From Raillietiella orientalis (taxonomy: Eukaryota): a DNA stretch of 64,000 bases. The stretch is from NCBI GenBank assembly GCA_036172245.1, contig JAYWIR010000014.1:744001-808000 (forward strand), given 5' to 3'. Shown piece after piece: positions 1 through 13,189 of this stretch (its first letter is position 1; the number at the start of each line of letters is the position of its first letter). The notes beneath the pieces are model-generated. The model was given only the letters and a program-made list of their open reading frames with translations. It ran no database searches and was not told where the DNA came from. Position numbers and translations under genes: made by a program.

Positions 1-871
1 AGCAGAACCGTATGCTTCCCACCTCTCTCACTGCGTGCCATTCCTCCACGGCGGCTTGGATTTCTCGCCACTCTCGGTTCCCATCTCTCTGCAGCGAGAA
101 ACCCTCGTCTTCCCGCTTCAGTCCGTCCGCAGGGTGTTGGACTACATCGAACTCGTGGACGAAATCTGGGAAAGGAATCGTGCTTTCTGCTGGCTCGGGT
201 GGAGGAATTTCTCCTACGAGCCGCCTGACAAGTTCCCCAGTTCTGGAAACGGAGACCTTGGGACTGTGGTCAAAGCATCCTCCAGCCGAACTCCGATCCC
301 TTAAGAATGCGCCGCTTTGTCTGTAGTTAGGAGCATACCATCCCAGAAGCTCTGCAGAGGTTGCTTCAAATGAGGAAAGACCTGAAATTGGGGGGGCAGT
401 TGAATTTCAACTGCCTCCCCATCCTCCTCCTTCTAGATGGCGGCGTGTATCAGAAGAGGAGGAGCTCGCGCCTTTCTTAAATAAAACAAATGAATCCCGG
501 GGAAGAAAACTCTCGAAGCCCCGAGCCGTCTTCCATCCGTACAAACTGTGAACTGCAAAGTGACCTTCGTTCGGACTGCGATTATGCAAAATGATCCTGG
601 AAGCGTCGTCCAGTGCGGCGCTTCTGCACGAAAGAGATGCAGCATCCATGCGCGTGCGAGTGCCTTTCCCAGATGGATTGAGCTCTCCATTAGCTTTGGT
701 TTAATCCTAAAAATTGCTAGGAAGTCGCAGATAACCTTCGCTTCGTCTCGCTCGATTGCTCCATCCATCGGCCCCTTCCGACCACCTGCTTAGCATTTGC
801 GGAAGATTGCTATCATCCTCGACATAGTCGCTGTCTGTCTACATTGGCAGGAGTTGGAAGGAAGGAGAAAA

Positions 872-894
872 AAAGAAAGAAAGAAAGAAAGAAA
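872..894. repeat. (GAAA)n microsatellite
   Basis: aaagaaagaaagaaagaaagaaa seen directly. Confidence 0.8.
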
Positions 895-2267
895 AGTGGC
901 TCATGCATTTCGTTTGCGTTTCTGAAAGGATGCTACTTTATTCTTCTTACCGACTAGTGACGCCAACAAGGGAGGCCTCCGATTCCAAGAAGGGCCGAGT
1001 CGGAACCCCTGATAAATCGAGAACCTCGGCCACGGTTCTTGCAGCAGATCTCGTAAGCCCAGTACTGGACACTTGATAGATGATGTAGACTCTGGACGCA
1101 CGTCACCGGCAGTCCTCAGAAAGCATTCAGCGTCCCCACCTGCCTACGTGCTCTCAAATCCTCCCTCCAATTACTTTCAAACAACATAAGACGTCAAGTG
1201 GCTGTTTCCGCTGGAACAGAGAGAGGCCAAAAAATATTGCTGCAAGGATTCCCCCCAGCTTCCTTTTTTTCCTCTGCAGATCAGGATGTTAACAGTTCAT
1301 CGTGGTCAGATAAATTGCAACGATCGGCAGTGACCCCCATTTATGGTATAGAGAAGAGGCTGGTTGGGCGCTGGAACGTGTTCCGCAAACCCGTTTTCCA
1401 GGAGACGCGCGCTTGTGCAAGAGCAGCTGTCGGAACAACAAGAGTCAACAAGGAAGCTGCATCCCTTCCATTCTTGCCACCGAGAATGTTCGAAATGCAG
1501 CGGTAGCAGACGTCCCTTTTGGATTGGATCAGCTTCTCTTGTTTCGATTTCAAGTCAATAAGAGCAGCAGCACTCTGGTTGATATGGTCTTTATGGAAGA
1601 GAGATGGAGAGAGAGTTTTGCAAAGTCTGGAGCACGAAAAGAACACGTCGAGAGCAAGTCCTCGATGGTACGTGGTCTTTAGAGTCTTGGTGTTCCTTTT
1701 ATTCCTTTTTTTTTCCCTCCCCCTATCCTTCCCATTTTCATTTCCTTCTTGCCGAGATAGCAGACAGGCTTACAATCGCACCGATCCTCACTACTGCCTC
1801 CGTGTTTAGGGATTTGGGCTTGCACTCCTCTCGGAGATGTCGGATCTTCCTTACAGTCCTCTAACCCCAGGCTTAGGGTAAGGATTAGTGAGCTTTCCTT
1901 CGAAGGCGGAACGTGAATCGCACGCGAAAGGTGGCAAAGTGTTCAGCGGCCCGAATATTCGGGTGCAAACGCAAGAAAAGGCTGGGGTTCCTGTGTATTC
2001 GAGGATCGATAGTAAAGCCGGCGGCACGGTGTTAAGAGTCAGCTCTGGTGGGCACGCGCTACAAACGAGCACACCGGCTGCTGGCCGACCTAAAAAAAAG
2101 ATCCAGCTTCCGCGAGTGCCACGTAGGGAAATTCGGAAGCTGGTTGGAAGGGGAATTGATGAGGAAAGTAAACTCTCTTGTGGTCATTGGGAAGGTTTTT
2201 CTTCCTTGGGCTCGTGTTTCGCGAAATGAAGATGAGCTCGTAAGCGAGGACCAAGTTCACAGAACGA

Positions 2268-2310
2268 TGTGTACGCGTGTATATGTGTGTGTGTGTGTGT
2301 ATGTGTGTGT
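2268..2310. repeat. Imperfect (GT)n microsatellite
   Basis: GT dinucleotide run with a few AT/GC interruptions, seen directly. Confidence 0.85.
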
Positions 2311-3769
2311 AATCTTGCTCGTAGTCAGCTGAGCGGTCAGAATACCCATGCATGAGCGAATGAGTTTCAGAGACGAAAGATGAAGATCGATTCAACAGTG
2401 CTGATGATCTATGGCAGGAGCGTAGGCAACAAAAAACATCGGGAAAAAGTAAATTCTCAAACAGCTCCATCAATCCTTTAGCTCCCGAATAAGACTGTTC
2501 CTGAGAATGAATTGTGAACTAAGTTGGACATCATCTTCTTCATCTTGAGATTTATCCGGTTTCTGAAACTTATCGCCCGCTTCCATTAGTAGTTTTCCCC
2601 TGGGATGAGAAATTATTTTCCTATCGGGTTTGTTCGTTATTCCTTCCTGATACCAGTTCGGTCACGTTGAAAGTCAGTTGTTTTCCCGTTGAAGACTCTA
2701 CGAGGAAGTGTTGGAAGTTGTGTCATTCAACTTTTGCGTTCGAACCCACTCCTATCACGCCACGAGATTCAGCATCCGCACAAATCATAAAACAGGAGAG
2801 AAACTCTTGATGCGATCTTTCTTCGCCTGAGGACACGCTCATCTACCCCCCAAAAATAGTAATTTCCTAATCCGTTGCGATTCCGAATTCTGTGTACACG
2901 ATTCAAGCCATATTAGGAAAAGGAATTTTCCGTCAGTGTTTGTTCGTTAGTTGTTGAACATCTGGAGAACCACTAAGACATGCTCCTGGTTTTCACGTGT
3001 TTCCGAAGTGCTTTTCTTTCCTTTTTTTCCTTTTTTTTTTTGAATGCTTTCATTTGGTTATTTGTTTTCGATCTCCAAGACAGGATTTCCCATAAAGGAG
3101 AGCATCCTCTTTACAGCGTGAGACTAATTATCATATTTTTCGAATTCTCCGATAGATGGAAGGCTCGTGATGAACTTTGGGAAAGAGGTTAAATCTCGAT
3201 TGCGTAACCAAAAGCACGAAGATGCTTTACAAATCAGCAGTATCCTGGTAGTTCAGAAAACGAAGAAATCGATAACGAATACGGCATGATTCGCACTTAA
3301 AAAAAAAAAAGAAAAAAAAAGAAGGAGAGAAAAAAAAAAAGGAGCCTCTCCTGAAATCAGGAGCTGGTTTTGATGAACGCATGCGGCCTGAAGCCGTCGT
3401 CCTCCTTAATCGTCGGTGTCTTCGCCGTAGTGAGGTGCTTTTGCTCGAGCAAAATAATCCGTGGTGTGGTGCTACAGACTCTGGAAGAAGGCAGTCGTCC
3501 GGGTGGCTCTGCGTCGAGGGACCTCATTGGCTTGGTAGCACGGTCCATTTCACAGGAATCAGGCTCTCTGTTTTTACGACCCGCATCGAATCTCCCACCG
3601 GACGCTCGCAGTTACATCGCAACCCGGTCTTCCTCCCCGAGTGCGATATGCAAAGACGACGCGTATCTGCGAAGGGGAGGGGGGAGGGAGGAGGAAGAGG
3701 AGGAGGAGGAGGAGAGAAACTTCATTCATTAACTCGCATAATGAAACTGCGTGACCTTGCTGTTTTCAG

Positions 3770-3836
3770 CCAATCAGGCACGAGTTCCATTCATGCCGCG
3801 TAGGTCGCGTCCGTATCCCGAGGGTGCTTTTATAAG
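3770..3836 (+). promoter_or_regulatory. Putative core promoter of the KLF gene: CCAAT box plus TATA-like box
   Basis: AGCCAATCAG (NF-Y consensus, CCAAT at 3770-3774) lies ~60 nt upstream of TATAAG (3831-3836), at the edge of the GC-rich domain and ~180 nt before the inferred ATG at 4014. Confidence 0.45.
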
Positions 3837-4013
3837 TCAGCCAAATTTGTGTATCCCCCGAAAACCGGTTCGGAGGAATGTGGAGTAGATGATGGATCAT
3901 CCGAACGATTACGCCACTCAGTGTGTTCGGATGCGTTGCCTGGCGCGTGCTTGCGCCGTCCTCGGGGCCGGGCTCGTTCGGACCCGCCGTTTCCCCCCGC
4001 CGAACATGTGCGT

Positions 4014-4181
4014 ATGATGGAACCCACCTCATGGTGCGCGGCGCAGCACGGAGGAGCCTGCGCCGGATTCCCTGATGGCGACCAGATAGTTCCAGACAGC
4101 TCCCGGACCATCTTCCAGCATCAGATCGACTCTGATGATAAAAACTTGCTCTTTTCCCGGCATCCGAAATTCGTAATGGAG
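4014..4181 (+). CDS. Klf5: KLF5/dar1-like transcription factor, probable coding exon 1 (gene span 4014-16868, ~438 aa)
   Basis: MMEPTSW...HPKFVME ends at a phase-0 donor GAG|GTACGG (4181/4182), matching the phase-0 acceptor TTTCAG|AAT at 5140/5141. No recognisable homology in this exon, so the start is inferred. Confidence 0.5.
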
Positions 4182-5140
4182 GTACGGTGCGGGGGTGGGT
4201 GGGAAGGATGCGCTTTGCTCCCCCCTCCCACCCGCGACCTGCCCGCTGGAAGAGGAAGCGCCACACTCCTTCCTGCGTGCTCTCGCAGACGCGCCCGGAC
4301 TCTCCCTTTGCAGGCGGTGCTCTCCGATCCCGGGGGAAGGGGGGGGGGAGGAGGCGAGAAGGGGAAGCGAGCCTTTCGCGCGCGCTCCGGGAAAAAGCAC
4401 GGATCCCTCGGGAGACACCCCGCGCGTTCGAGGTCAGCGGAGGCGCTCGAGGGAATAGGGAGGGGCCTCCATGCCCTTTGTCCGACCCACGGCGCCTCGA
4501 AGCTTCGCGGGAGCCACCCCTGGAAAGAGGGAATCCTTAGGGAGCCTGACTGCTGACCTCGCCCCGCGCACCCGAATGCAGTGGGCACGGATGGCGCCTG
4601 GTGGCCTCCGCACCTCTCCTGCAGCGCGGCTGGGCCAACCGCGGACCCCACTGGGGCCCCAAAGGAGCGTGTTTTTGACCGGGAGGGAACGGTGCTCCAC
4701 CGCCCGCCCGCTCCCGGTTTCCGGGAGCCGGACGGGGAGGGAAGCAAGACGGCGTCCCGTCCGTCTCCTCTCTCCCCACTTCCGGGTCATACGCAGAACT
4801 CCCCGGGCGAGAGTGGAAACTCTGGACGGGCCCTTCCCTTCCCTCTTGGAAGGGACGGGATCAGAGATGAGGTCCGCTGGTCGCTCCAGGAGAACGCCCC
4901 TTTCTCCCCTCTTGACCCCGAGCAAGCTGGCTCTGGCGCTCTACAGCAGTTGCCCCCAGGGGTATTCCTCGGTCTCATCCCCTGCCCCACCCGCTTACCA
5001 CCCCAGCGCCGCCTCTCCAGCTGGACTCCCTCTGCAGGAGGGACTAGCTCTCCTCCAAGCGCCGCTTGGACCCGCGATCCCTCCCACCAGGGAGGCCACC
5101 AACCCGACAGATAGGCGACCGCCCGTTTCCGTGGTTTCAG

Positions 5141-6041
5141 AATCGTCTCCTGAGCGGCCACCACCACGTCTCCAAGCAGGATTGGAAGACGGACCGGGCG
5201 GCGCTCCCGTTCCCTGCCGCCCCCAGGAGGGAAAGCCACACCCTCCTAGACGCAGAGGACGCGTTCTTCCAGGACCCCCTGGAGCTCCTGGCGTCCTCCC
5301 GGAGTCTCCTGCCCTCCCGGACCGGCAACCCGGTGGCGTTCGTCGGTCCGCACCGGCTGCGCTGGCCGGAAGCGGGCGCTTTTGGAGCGGCTGCCGCCCA
5401 GCACCGCGGAGCCTCCTCCACGCCGGCCGAGGGCGGCGCCTTTGGCCGGACGGCGGCCGACAAGCAGCCGATCCCCTTCTGTGAGTGGGACGACATCGCG
5501 TCCAGCATCCGCAAGCTGGACCCGGAAGCCTCCGATGTCCTCCTCGGACCCCTCGCCGACTTTGACCGCGCCTCGCCACCGCCTATGAAGCTGGCGCCGC
5601 CCGGAAGTGGCTGCAGGGACCTCCTCCATCAGTGCGCCTTCCAGGCGAACGGCAGCGGGCTGCTGGCCGTGGGCCGCAAGGACGCGCCCAAGGCCACCGA
5701 CCCCGGCCCCTTCGCGGACGGGCTGCCCCCGCCGCCGCGGGCCGTGACCCTGCCCGGTGACGAACCGTCCGGTGACCGCTTCCTCCTGCCTCCCGGTGCC
5801 CTGGAGTTCGACGTCCCTCAGCTCTTCTTCCGAGCGCCCCCAACGCCTGCCGACCGCGCCTTCCACGCAGCCGGGGGAGCGCGACCCGTCCCGGAGGTGG
5901 GCGACGGCAGGGCCGCCTCCGCGAGGATGACCCCTCCTCCCCCGTACTCCTCCAGCGTCCAGAAGGCAAGGCCCCCCAAGTACAACCGCCGCAACAACCC
6001 CGAGCTCGAGAAGAGACGCATCCACCACTGTGATTATCCCG
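5141..6041 (+). CDS. Klf5: KLF5/dar1-like transcription factor, exon 2 (Pro-rich region, PY motif, start of zinc finger 1)
   Basis: Ends TPPPPY...KYNRRNNPELEKRRIHHCDYP(G), the KLF5/dar1 pre-finger signature (human KLF5 YNRRSNPDLEKRRIHYCDYPG). Canonical phase-1 donor G|GTAAGT at 6041/6042. Confidence 0.9.
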
Positions 6042-9000
6042 GTAAGTCCCGCCCCGCCCCTAGACCCTTTGCGGAGCACCCGAGCTCTCCCCGGAACGCC
6101 CGACCGCTCTCCCGGGAGAGCGGGGAACATGCGCGTCCCCTCTCCCTCTCTCTGCTGCCGCCGCTCCCCGCTCACTAGCTCTCCTGATCTCATCGTCGGA
6201 TCTCTCGAGGGGAGGAGGGGAAGAAGCAAAGGTTGCTGTCCCCCCCCCTTCCCCTTCCCTTTCTCCTCCGTGCTCTCTCTCCCTCTCTCTCACGCGCGTA
6301 CTTTGGCCGGCTCCCAACCCCCCGTAGAGTTGCAGCGGGTGACCGAGTACCCTTCGAGACTTCAGATCGCCCTCCTGGAAGACCCAGGAGTGAGGCTCGT
6401 AGAGTCGCTGCCGTCGGCAAGCGAGACATCCAGGAGAAGGTCGATGGCGCTTGCTTGGAAGCGCAGGCGAGGGGTGGTTGCTGGCACGAGTGGAGCGGGT
6501 GGTTTCCATGGTGGCGACTGCTCCTTCCACCTTGGCTCCTCCTCCCATATGGAGAAGGGCGTCCTTGCGACATGTAAGGAGGAGCAGAGGGAGCGGCTCC
6601 GCTGAAAAGAGGAGAAATAGCCGAGGCCCCGAGGGCAGGACCGCTAGCTCGGCCCCCTCAGAGCCGAAGCCGGGTTTCCCTGGGAACGAGGATCCATCCA
6701 GCTCGCGCTCCTTCCCTCCATCGGGCTCTTCCCGCCGCAGGAAGAGGGAGAGGCTCTTCCTTCTCATGCTCCGATAGAGCCAGGAGCCTTCCCGGGTGCT
6801 CCTCATCGGTCCCTTGGAGGGTTCCCGATCCGGTCAGTGAGGGGGGCACCGCGCGACCGGCGTGAGTGCGCGCGCCGCGCCGCCTCGATCTCCGGAAGCC
6901 TCCTAAGGTCCTGGGGAACCCGAGAGGGGGGGAGGTGCGGGCGCCTCCACCCTCTAGACCCCCCCCCCTCGAGCCGCTCCTTCTGGCTCCAGGACACCCC
7001 GAAATGGCCGCTCGTCGGCGGCCTGACCTTTGCGCCGACAGGGGACCCCTCGCAGCCTTTCCCGCCCGTGGGGCTTCAGAGAAACGGCGTGGGCGGGAAA
7101 AAGCAAAGGAAGGAGGGAAGTCCGACCTGTCTTCGACTGGGAAGGACTCCATGGAAGGGAGGAGACGGGGGTCCCAGAGAGTACCTCCCCCTCATTAGCC
7201 TTCCTTGGGTGGAGGCTCGTCCCCGCGCTTCGTCCCTCCCTCCCCCCTGGTGCGGCCCCTTCCGTTCTGAATGACTCCTCAAGACGACCATCCTAAAGCG
7301 GCCGGTCGGAGATCCCCTGACGTCTTCGCGAAAAGCTGCGCCACAAGAGGAGCGCCGCCTCAGAGGCTTTTCGTTCCCGAAAGAGGGAGAAGATAGGGAG
7401 GGCGAGACCCCAGGTTGCCAGGGCGTGCAGGTGCCGCGGCTCTCATCGAAGCGCCGGCCGAGGAGAGCGACCTCCTCCACCTTCCTTCTCCCTCCTAATC
7501 CTCGCCACCAGGACGCCAACCCCCCGGGGAACCCGGCGGCGTGCACGGAAGAGTAGCAGGACGTCCTTCCTCCCCCCCCCCACCTCTCTTTCTCTCTCCG
7601 GGGAATGCAGCAGCGGGGGCGACCTCCTTCCAAGGAGCACCTGCAAATGCGCGGCTCTTCTCCCTTCAGGAGGGTTTCGCTCCTCGGAGGGTCGCCAAGC
7701 ACTGTGAAGTAAAGCGTGGCAGAGTCGTCCACTCCCGCGACCGTGGACCTCTGCTCTTCGCCTTTGGGGGTCGGGAAGAGCTGGCGCCTGCACTTCTCTT
7801 CAGCCACGCCCGTCGTGCCCCAGCGCAGGACCACCACGGCAGCCGCCTTTGACCCTCTGCGCATTCCCTCCTTCCCCAGGAAAGAGAGGCAACACACCCC
7901 AAGGCCGCCTAAGCACAAGGGGGCCGCGTTGTTGAGTTCGCTGCGCCTCTTTCGATCTCCTTTGATGACGTCGCGAGCTCAAAGGAGACTCCGGATGCAA
8001 GGGATGGCTTCCGGGGAGTCTTTGCCACAATGCGGCTTTCCTCGAGGTGACCACCGCCGTCGCCACGTGCCCTCAGCAGAAATGCACTTTTTTTCTTCTT
8101 TTTTTTTACCCCGCTTTTTGGCGAGGTTGCGCGCACGTTTCGTTCGCGCGTGAGGGAGATGCGCGTTTGCGCGACAGCCTGGCCGGTTCCCGGGTGCTCC
8201 TCAGGTGGCCGGTTCCCGCACACGATCTGGAGTTTCAGCTCTTCGCGGCCTCCCTGCTGCTTGCCGGTCGCGCTCCTGCAAGCAGGCATAGTAGGGTGCC
8301 GTTCCCATCTTTCTAGGACTGGCCAAGAGTGGGCGCCGGAGACTGCTGGCAACGGGGCAGACGGCGGAGGACCGCGTACGGGAGACCTGGCGGCCGCCAT
8401 CTTCTCGACACAAATCCTAAGGCTCCCGGAGCCCAGGCGCTCCCTCGATCTGACTTCCTCCAGCGTAGCGAGCGACCCCCCTCCCTCCTTCCGCAGAAAG
8501 CCACGGAAGCCGAGCTCCAGTTCGGATCCTCGGAGAAGACCCGGAAGACCCGGTGCCGCCAGGGACGGTCCTCCTCGCTTCCCTCCGCGAAGACTTGCGA
8601 AAGGGTTGCCAAGCAACCGATTTCTGTTCCCGTGAGCTGAGAGCGGGCAGCACGCAAGCCTCTCCTTCTCTTCGGCAGGGAGCTTTCCGTTCTCAGAGAC
8701 TCAGTTGGCGCGTGCTGCGTTGTAGCGCCGGGCAGCAAGAGGATCTCCAGGGACTCCGAGCGTAGCGGAATCGCGTGGGTAGCTCGGCTGCTCGCCGTCC
8801 CGGAGGAGGGAGCGGGCTCGGGCGCGAACAGGTTGGTCTTTCCGGGTGGTCGGACGCCGCGCGAGTGGCGACGGTGATGCCTGGAGGCAGAAGGCCGAAA
8901 AGTCCTAAAAAAACCGGTTCTCCTTCCTCACAAGCTCGCGGGAAGTTCCACTGCGTTCCGTCGACGGCGCTGATGATTTTCCCGCGCTCAGTGCACCCCG

Positions 9001-9832
9001 GCGTTTCCCGCCAAGAACCCGGGAGCGCGCAGCTCGACGACTGCAGGCGTGAGGGGGAGTTTCCCGCTACCGAAGAAGAGTCGCTGCCAGCGATCAGCAC
9101 CTCTTAGGAACCACTGCCGTGGCGGCAGTGGTTCCAAGTGCCAGCTCGGGAACCGCTGGCAAGAAGCGGCGGTGGTTCCTGGAATGTGATGATGCTAAGC
9201 GTCCAGCTTTCCTCATCCCTTCCTTCCCTCCTAGAGATGGTCGTGCCCGGCCTACGAGCTCATTTCTTCCTCCTTCTCGAGCACTCACTCTGCTTCGGGA
9301 CGAGTCGGATGGCGCACGTGAGACAGGAGGGGTCGTCGCACCGGGGATAAAACCCACGAAGGGCACGTGCGTCATCGCTGCCTCCTCCCCCTCTCTGAAA
9401 ATTTGCTGTCCTTGCGAGGGGGCTCGCGTCGTCCGTCGTGAGCCTCCCACCCGGAACCTCTGGTGTTCGGGCGGGAGGAAAGTGGCGGCGGAAGCGGGAG
9501 AGGGAGAACTTATGGGGCGTGCGTTCGGCCAGGGGTCGTTTCCTCCCTGCTCGCGAAACGCGCCTGCTGGAGGGAGAAAGGCTTCCTACCCTACCCCGTC
9601 GCCACGGTCTCCGAACCAGCTCGAATCCACCTCGAGAGGGAGCGCGCGTCCTGGAAAGCGCTCGCGACGCCTCTCCGCGGAAGCTGTTCTGCTGCGGAGG
9701 ATGGCTCACATCTCGAGAGCGAGAAAGAGAAAGGAGGATCCCTGGAAACTCTGGAAAGCTCTGGCTGCCATCTATCTTCCAGGAGAGAAAAAAAAAAAAA
9801 AACCATAATCGTGGCGACCGTGTGATCACCAA

Positions 9833-9871
9833 TCGTGCCCTCCCATAAAGGAAATTTATGGGAGGGCACGA
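9833..9871. repeat. Perfect 17-bp inverted repeat with 5-nt spacer in KLF intron 2
   Basis: TCGTGCCCTCCCATAAA (9833-9849), spacer GGAAA, then TTTATGGGAGGGCACGA (9855-9871); the arms are exact reverse complements. Confidence 0.9.
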
Positions 9872-12800
9872 CCACGTCTTTTTGTACACTCGCGTCATTA
9901 CTCTCATAATTTGTTGACGCGAGTCCACAGCTCCAGCATCAAGCAGATCCACACTACGGTGGACGGAAAGCCCCGCGGTCTCCGAGAGAGAGCCGCCATG
10001 TTCTGGAGGCTCTGGGAGATGATGCTATAATTAGCGCGCGTCTTCGACCCGCAGCCTCGGAGAGCGCGCGCAGCCGCCCGGGAGAGCTGGAACCCCCCTT
10101 TCCCCTGCCGATTCGCGCGAGCATCTCTCCCGGTCCCCTGTCGTCGCTGCTCCGCACCGGTCCGCGAGAGGGGGTCGGCGTCGCTCCTCCTTCCGTCTAG
10201 CCGTGCGGGAGGGGCTCTGTTCGCCCGAGGCGATGGTGAGGCTCCCCTCGAGCGCTTGAGGTCACGGAACGGGGACAGTCGCAAGCTCCGGAACCGCCGT
10301 CGGTGCTCCCCTCGGCGGGATACGTCTCTCGGGACGCGCCACCCCATTCCCTCCTCCCGGGTCGGTAAAGCAGAAATAGGGACCGGGTCTCTCTTTCCGC
10401 GGGGACTCGTCTTGTCCCCCCCCCCGCACTCCTCCCCTTCGTCGTAGGTCGCAAACGCGCCTACTGCGCAGTCACTTCCCTTGCCGGGACGTCGCCACCC
10501 CGCAGGGGGTCTGCGAAACCACTGAGCGCAGGCTCCAGAGTTCCTCCCCTCCGAATGAACGCCGCGCCAGCTGACCTTGCTGGTCTTTTGCCGGGGCAAC
10601 CGCCCGCCAGCTGTGGTTTCGCCGGACGGCATGAGGGGGCGCGACTGGGGGTGCTACCTCTTCCATTGCCTTCCTGGGTCTCCCTATCAGTCGCCCCTTG
10701 CGGAACGCCAGGAGGCGAAAGTGTTGGGAGGAAAAGGGTGAGAGAGGAAACAATCCCTCCTTGTCCGAGACCCCCTCCTGAGTCTCCGATCCCTCTAGTG
10801 GTTCGGGAGCGAACCTTCGTCATGTGAAGCCTGCCCGATCGCTAACTCCTTCTGGCCCTTTGCAGGGGTGCAAAAGGAACGAGGGGCAAATAGCCAAGAA
10901 GGGAGGGAGGGCGTTCCTCTTTTCCTGGAAGTCATTGCGCTTCGCCCTCTTCCTGGAAAGCAAAGCCTTCGATAGGCGATCCACGAGCGCTTCCGTGAGG
11001 CATGCGCACCGCTACGAGGCGGGTGGCTTTGGGGTCTCCAGTTGGCTGCGGAGCGTTTGGCGAGGAGCCAGGGCGGGAGAGGGACTCACCCACGGGTTCC
11101 CCTCTCACCCTGCCTCAGGCATCTTCCGAAGGCTGTGAGCCTCTTCTTTTTGGCTTTTTTTTTGCCCTGAGGGCATGCTTGGCGTCACTTTGATTGCCTC
11201 TCTTGGACGGTGGACGACAAGCTGGGGGATGCCGAAGGGGGTGACATGGGGAGGCACCTCAGCTCGTGATTCTCCTTGCTCCGGGAAGATTTGCTCGTGG
11301 CTTGTCCTTCCTTGGCCCTCAGTTCTCGGTTGCCTGCCAGCGATGCCGGAGGGCAGCCAGCAAACCCCTCTCTCAGGCCTCGTTCGAGCTGTCCCTTCGC
11401 ACGGGATGGTTGGCGCGGGAGCACGCCCACGAGGCGGGGGGGGGGCGTCTTGGGATGGAGGGGTCATGTGAGAGGGAGAGAGAGGGACCGCGGGGAGATC
11501 TGCAGCCTCCCCTTCGAGAAAGGGGGGAGAGTTTGAACCCGGAACGCCATGTGCGCCTCCATGTGGGTGAGATGGAGGGCCGCTGCTCGCCGTCCAGGAA
11601 GCAGCCACCCCGGAGCAGGTCGCGGTGTCCCGAAAGGGGGCGGAGGAAATGGTCGGTCGGCAAATCGGATTCCTCCTCTGGGGTCGGCCTTCCCTCCGTT
11701 CCCCTTCCAGCGACGAGAGGGTCGTCCGGGAGGTGCGCCGCAGGAGACTCACGCCCGCGTTCTCTGCTGAACGCATCCTCTTCCGGCGGATACGCCTGAG
11801 GCTGCTCTCCCAGCTGTCCTCCCATTCGCCTCGGGGCGTTTGGGGGCCGACCGGAACCGCTCGGCGTCCGGATGCTGCTGCCCATGAGGAGCGGTCGAGG
11901 AGGGCACCCGTACGCTGAGAGGAGCTTGACCCGTCCCTTCCCTGTGCTGAGCTCGCGCTCCGGAGGACGCGAACTCAGCCAGACGCGCCGCCGAAGGACA
12001 CAGAAGGATGCCTACCCGCCTCCCTGGGCGCCTCCGCCGTCTCCTACGGGAGGCGAGACGAGCTGGTGGCGTGGGCGAACGAGAACACCCCGGAGGCCGC
12101 GTGACGCTCAGGGGCGGGACATCTGTCGCTGAGTCCTCTAGGAGAACTGCCCCAGCGGATCCGACCTTCCGGGAGAGGCTGCCCCAGCGCCTCGGGAAAT
12201 CCCCCTGGGGGAACCTCCGATCCCGCCGGTGAGGGAGCCTCCCTCGCCTCCTTCCGACCTTCGAACGTCCCTTGCCTGCGGGAGGGGGAGGGGGTGGAGG
12301 TTCGCGCCCCTCACCGGGGAATCCAGATCGCGCAGATCCTTCCAATGATGGCTCCGTCCACTTGCCCTTCAGGCGTCAGGGCCGCGACGAGGGAGCCTGC
12401 GGCCCCTCGGACCTCGCAGCTTGCGAGAAAAAAAGCAGCTCGCCGTCTGATTGGTCAAGGAAGTTTTTTTTTTTTTTTCTCCCTTTAGCACGCTGCTCTT
12501 CCCGCTTTGAAGGAGGAGTGAGGAAGATGGGGGCACCCTCTCGAAGAGAGAGAGAGGCTGTGTCAATATTTGCTCTTCCGAGCGCGGTGGACTCTCTTTC
12601 GCCCAAGTCTTAGCGAGTAGCGTCACTCCCCCCCCCCCTCCCTCCTCCCCCTCACTGGCGAGGCCGTGGTCTCGAGCGGTACATGCGAAGAGGAGCGCAA
12701 CCGGCCCTCTCCAGGAGAAACGCGAGAGTCTCGTAGGGTTAGGAAGGGGAGGAGAGGGAAACTGGTGGCGGGAGAAGAGCGCACGGGGTTCTCCCCCACC

Positions 12801-13129
12801 ATCAACCCTTGGCGGAGGAACGAAACGGCGGCAGGTCGGAAGGAACTCGCGCACTCCTGGAGGGAAGCAGCGCACATCAGGGAGCGCAGTCGCGGTCGAG
12901 TGAGGACCTCGCGCCGACGAGCATTCCTGCAGCAGTCGGTCCCTCCGCCCTGTGCCCCCTAGCGGCCTGAGGAGACCCGTAGTTTCTCCTCCGGTGCGCG
13001 CGACGTCTTCGCAGAGGAGGAATAGGTCGCACGGGGGCAGGTCCCCGGCGGCAGCGAGTCGCTGTCGCCGGGGTGCATCCCCGCAACCACCTGCCACTAC
13101 AACTCCTCTTTTTGTCTTTTCTCTTCCAG

Positions 13130-13189
13130 GGTGTCTGAAGGTGTACACGAAGAGTTCTCACCTGAAGGCCCATCAGAGGATCCACACAG
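13130..13189 (+). CDS. Klf5: KLF5/dar1-like transcription factor, exon 3 (rest of C2H2 finger 1)
   Basis: 60-nt exon (G)CLKVYTKSSHLKAHQRIHT(G) after a polypyrimidine tract and CCAG acceptor; donor G|GTACGT; phases match both neighbours. Confidence 0.96.

Noticed and set aside
1..1140. Possible minus-strand exons (open frame 381 to 1 after TTTCAG; acceptor- and donor-like sites near 840 and 950)
   Set aside because: No recognisable homology, and no phase-consistent model could be built within the window; needs adjacent sequence or RNA-seq.
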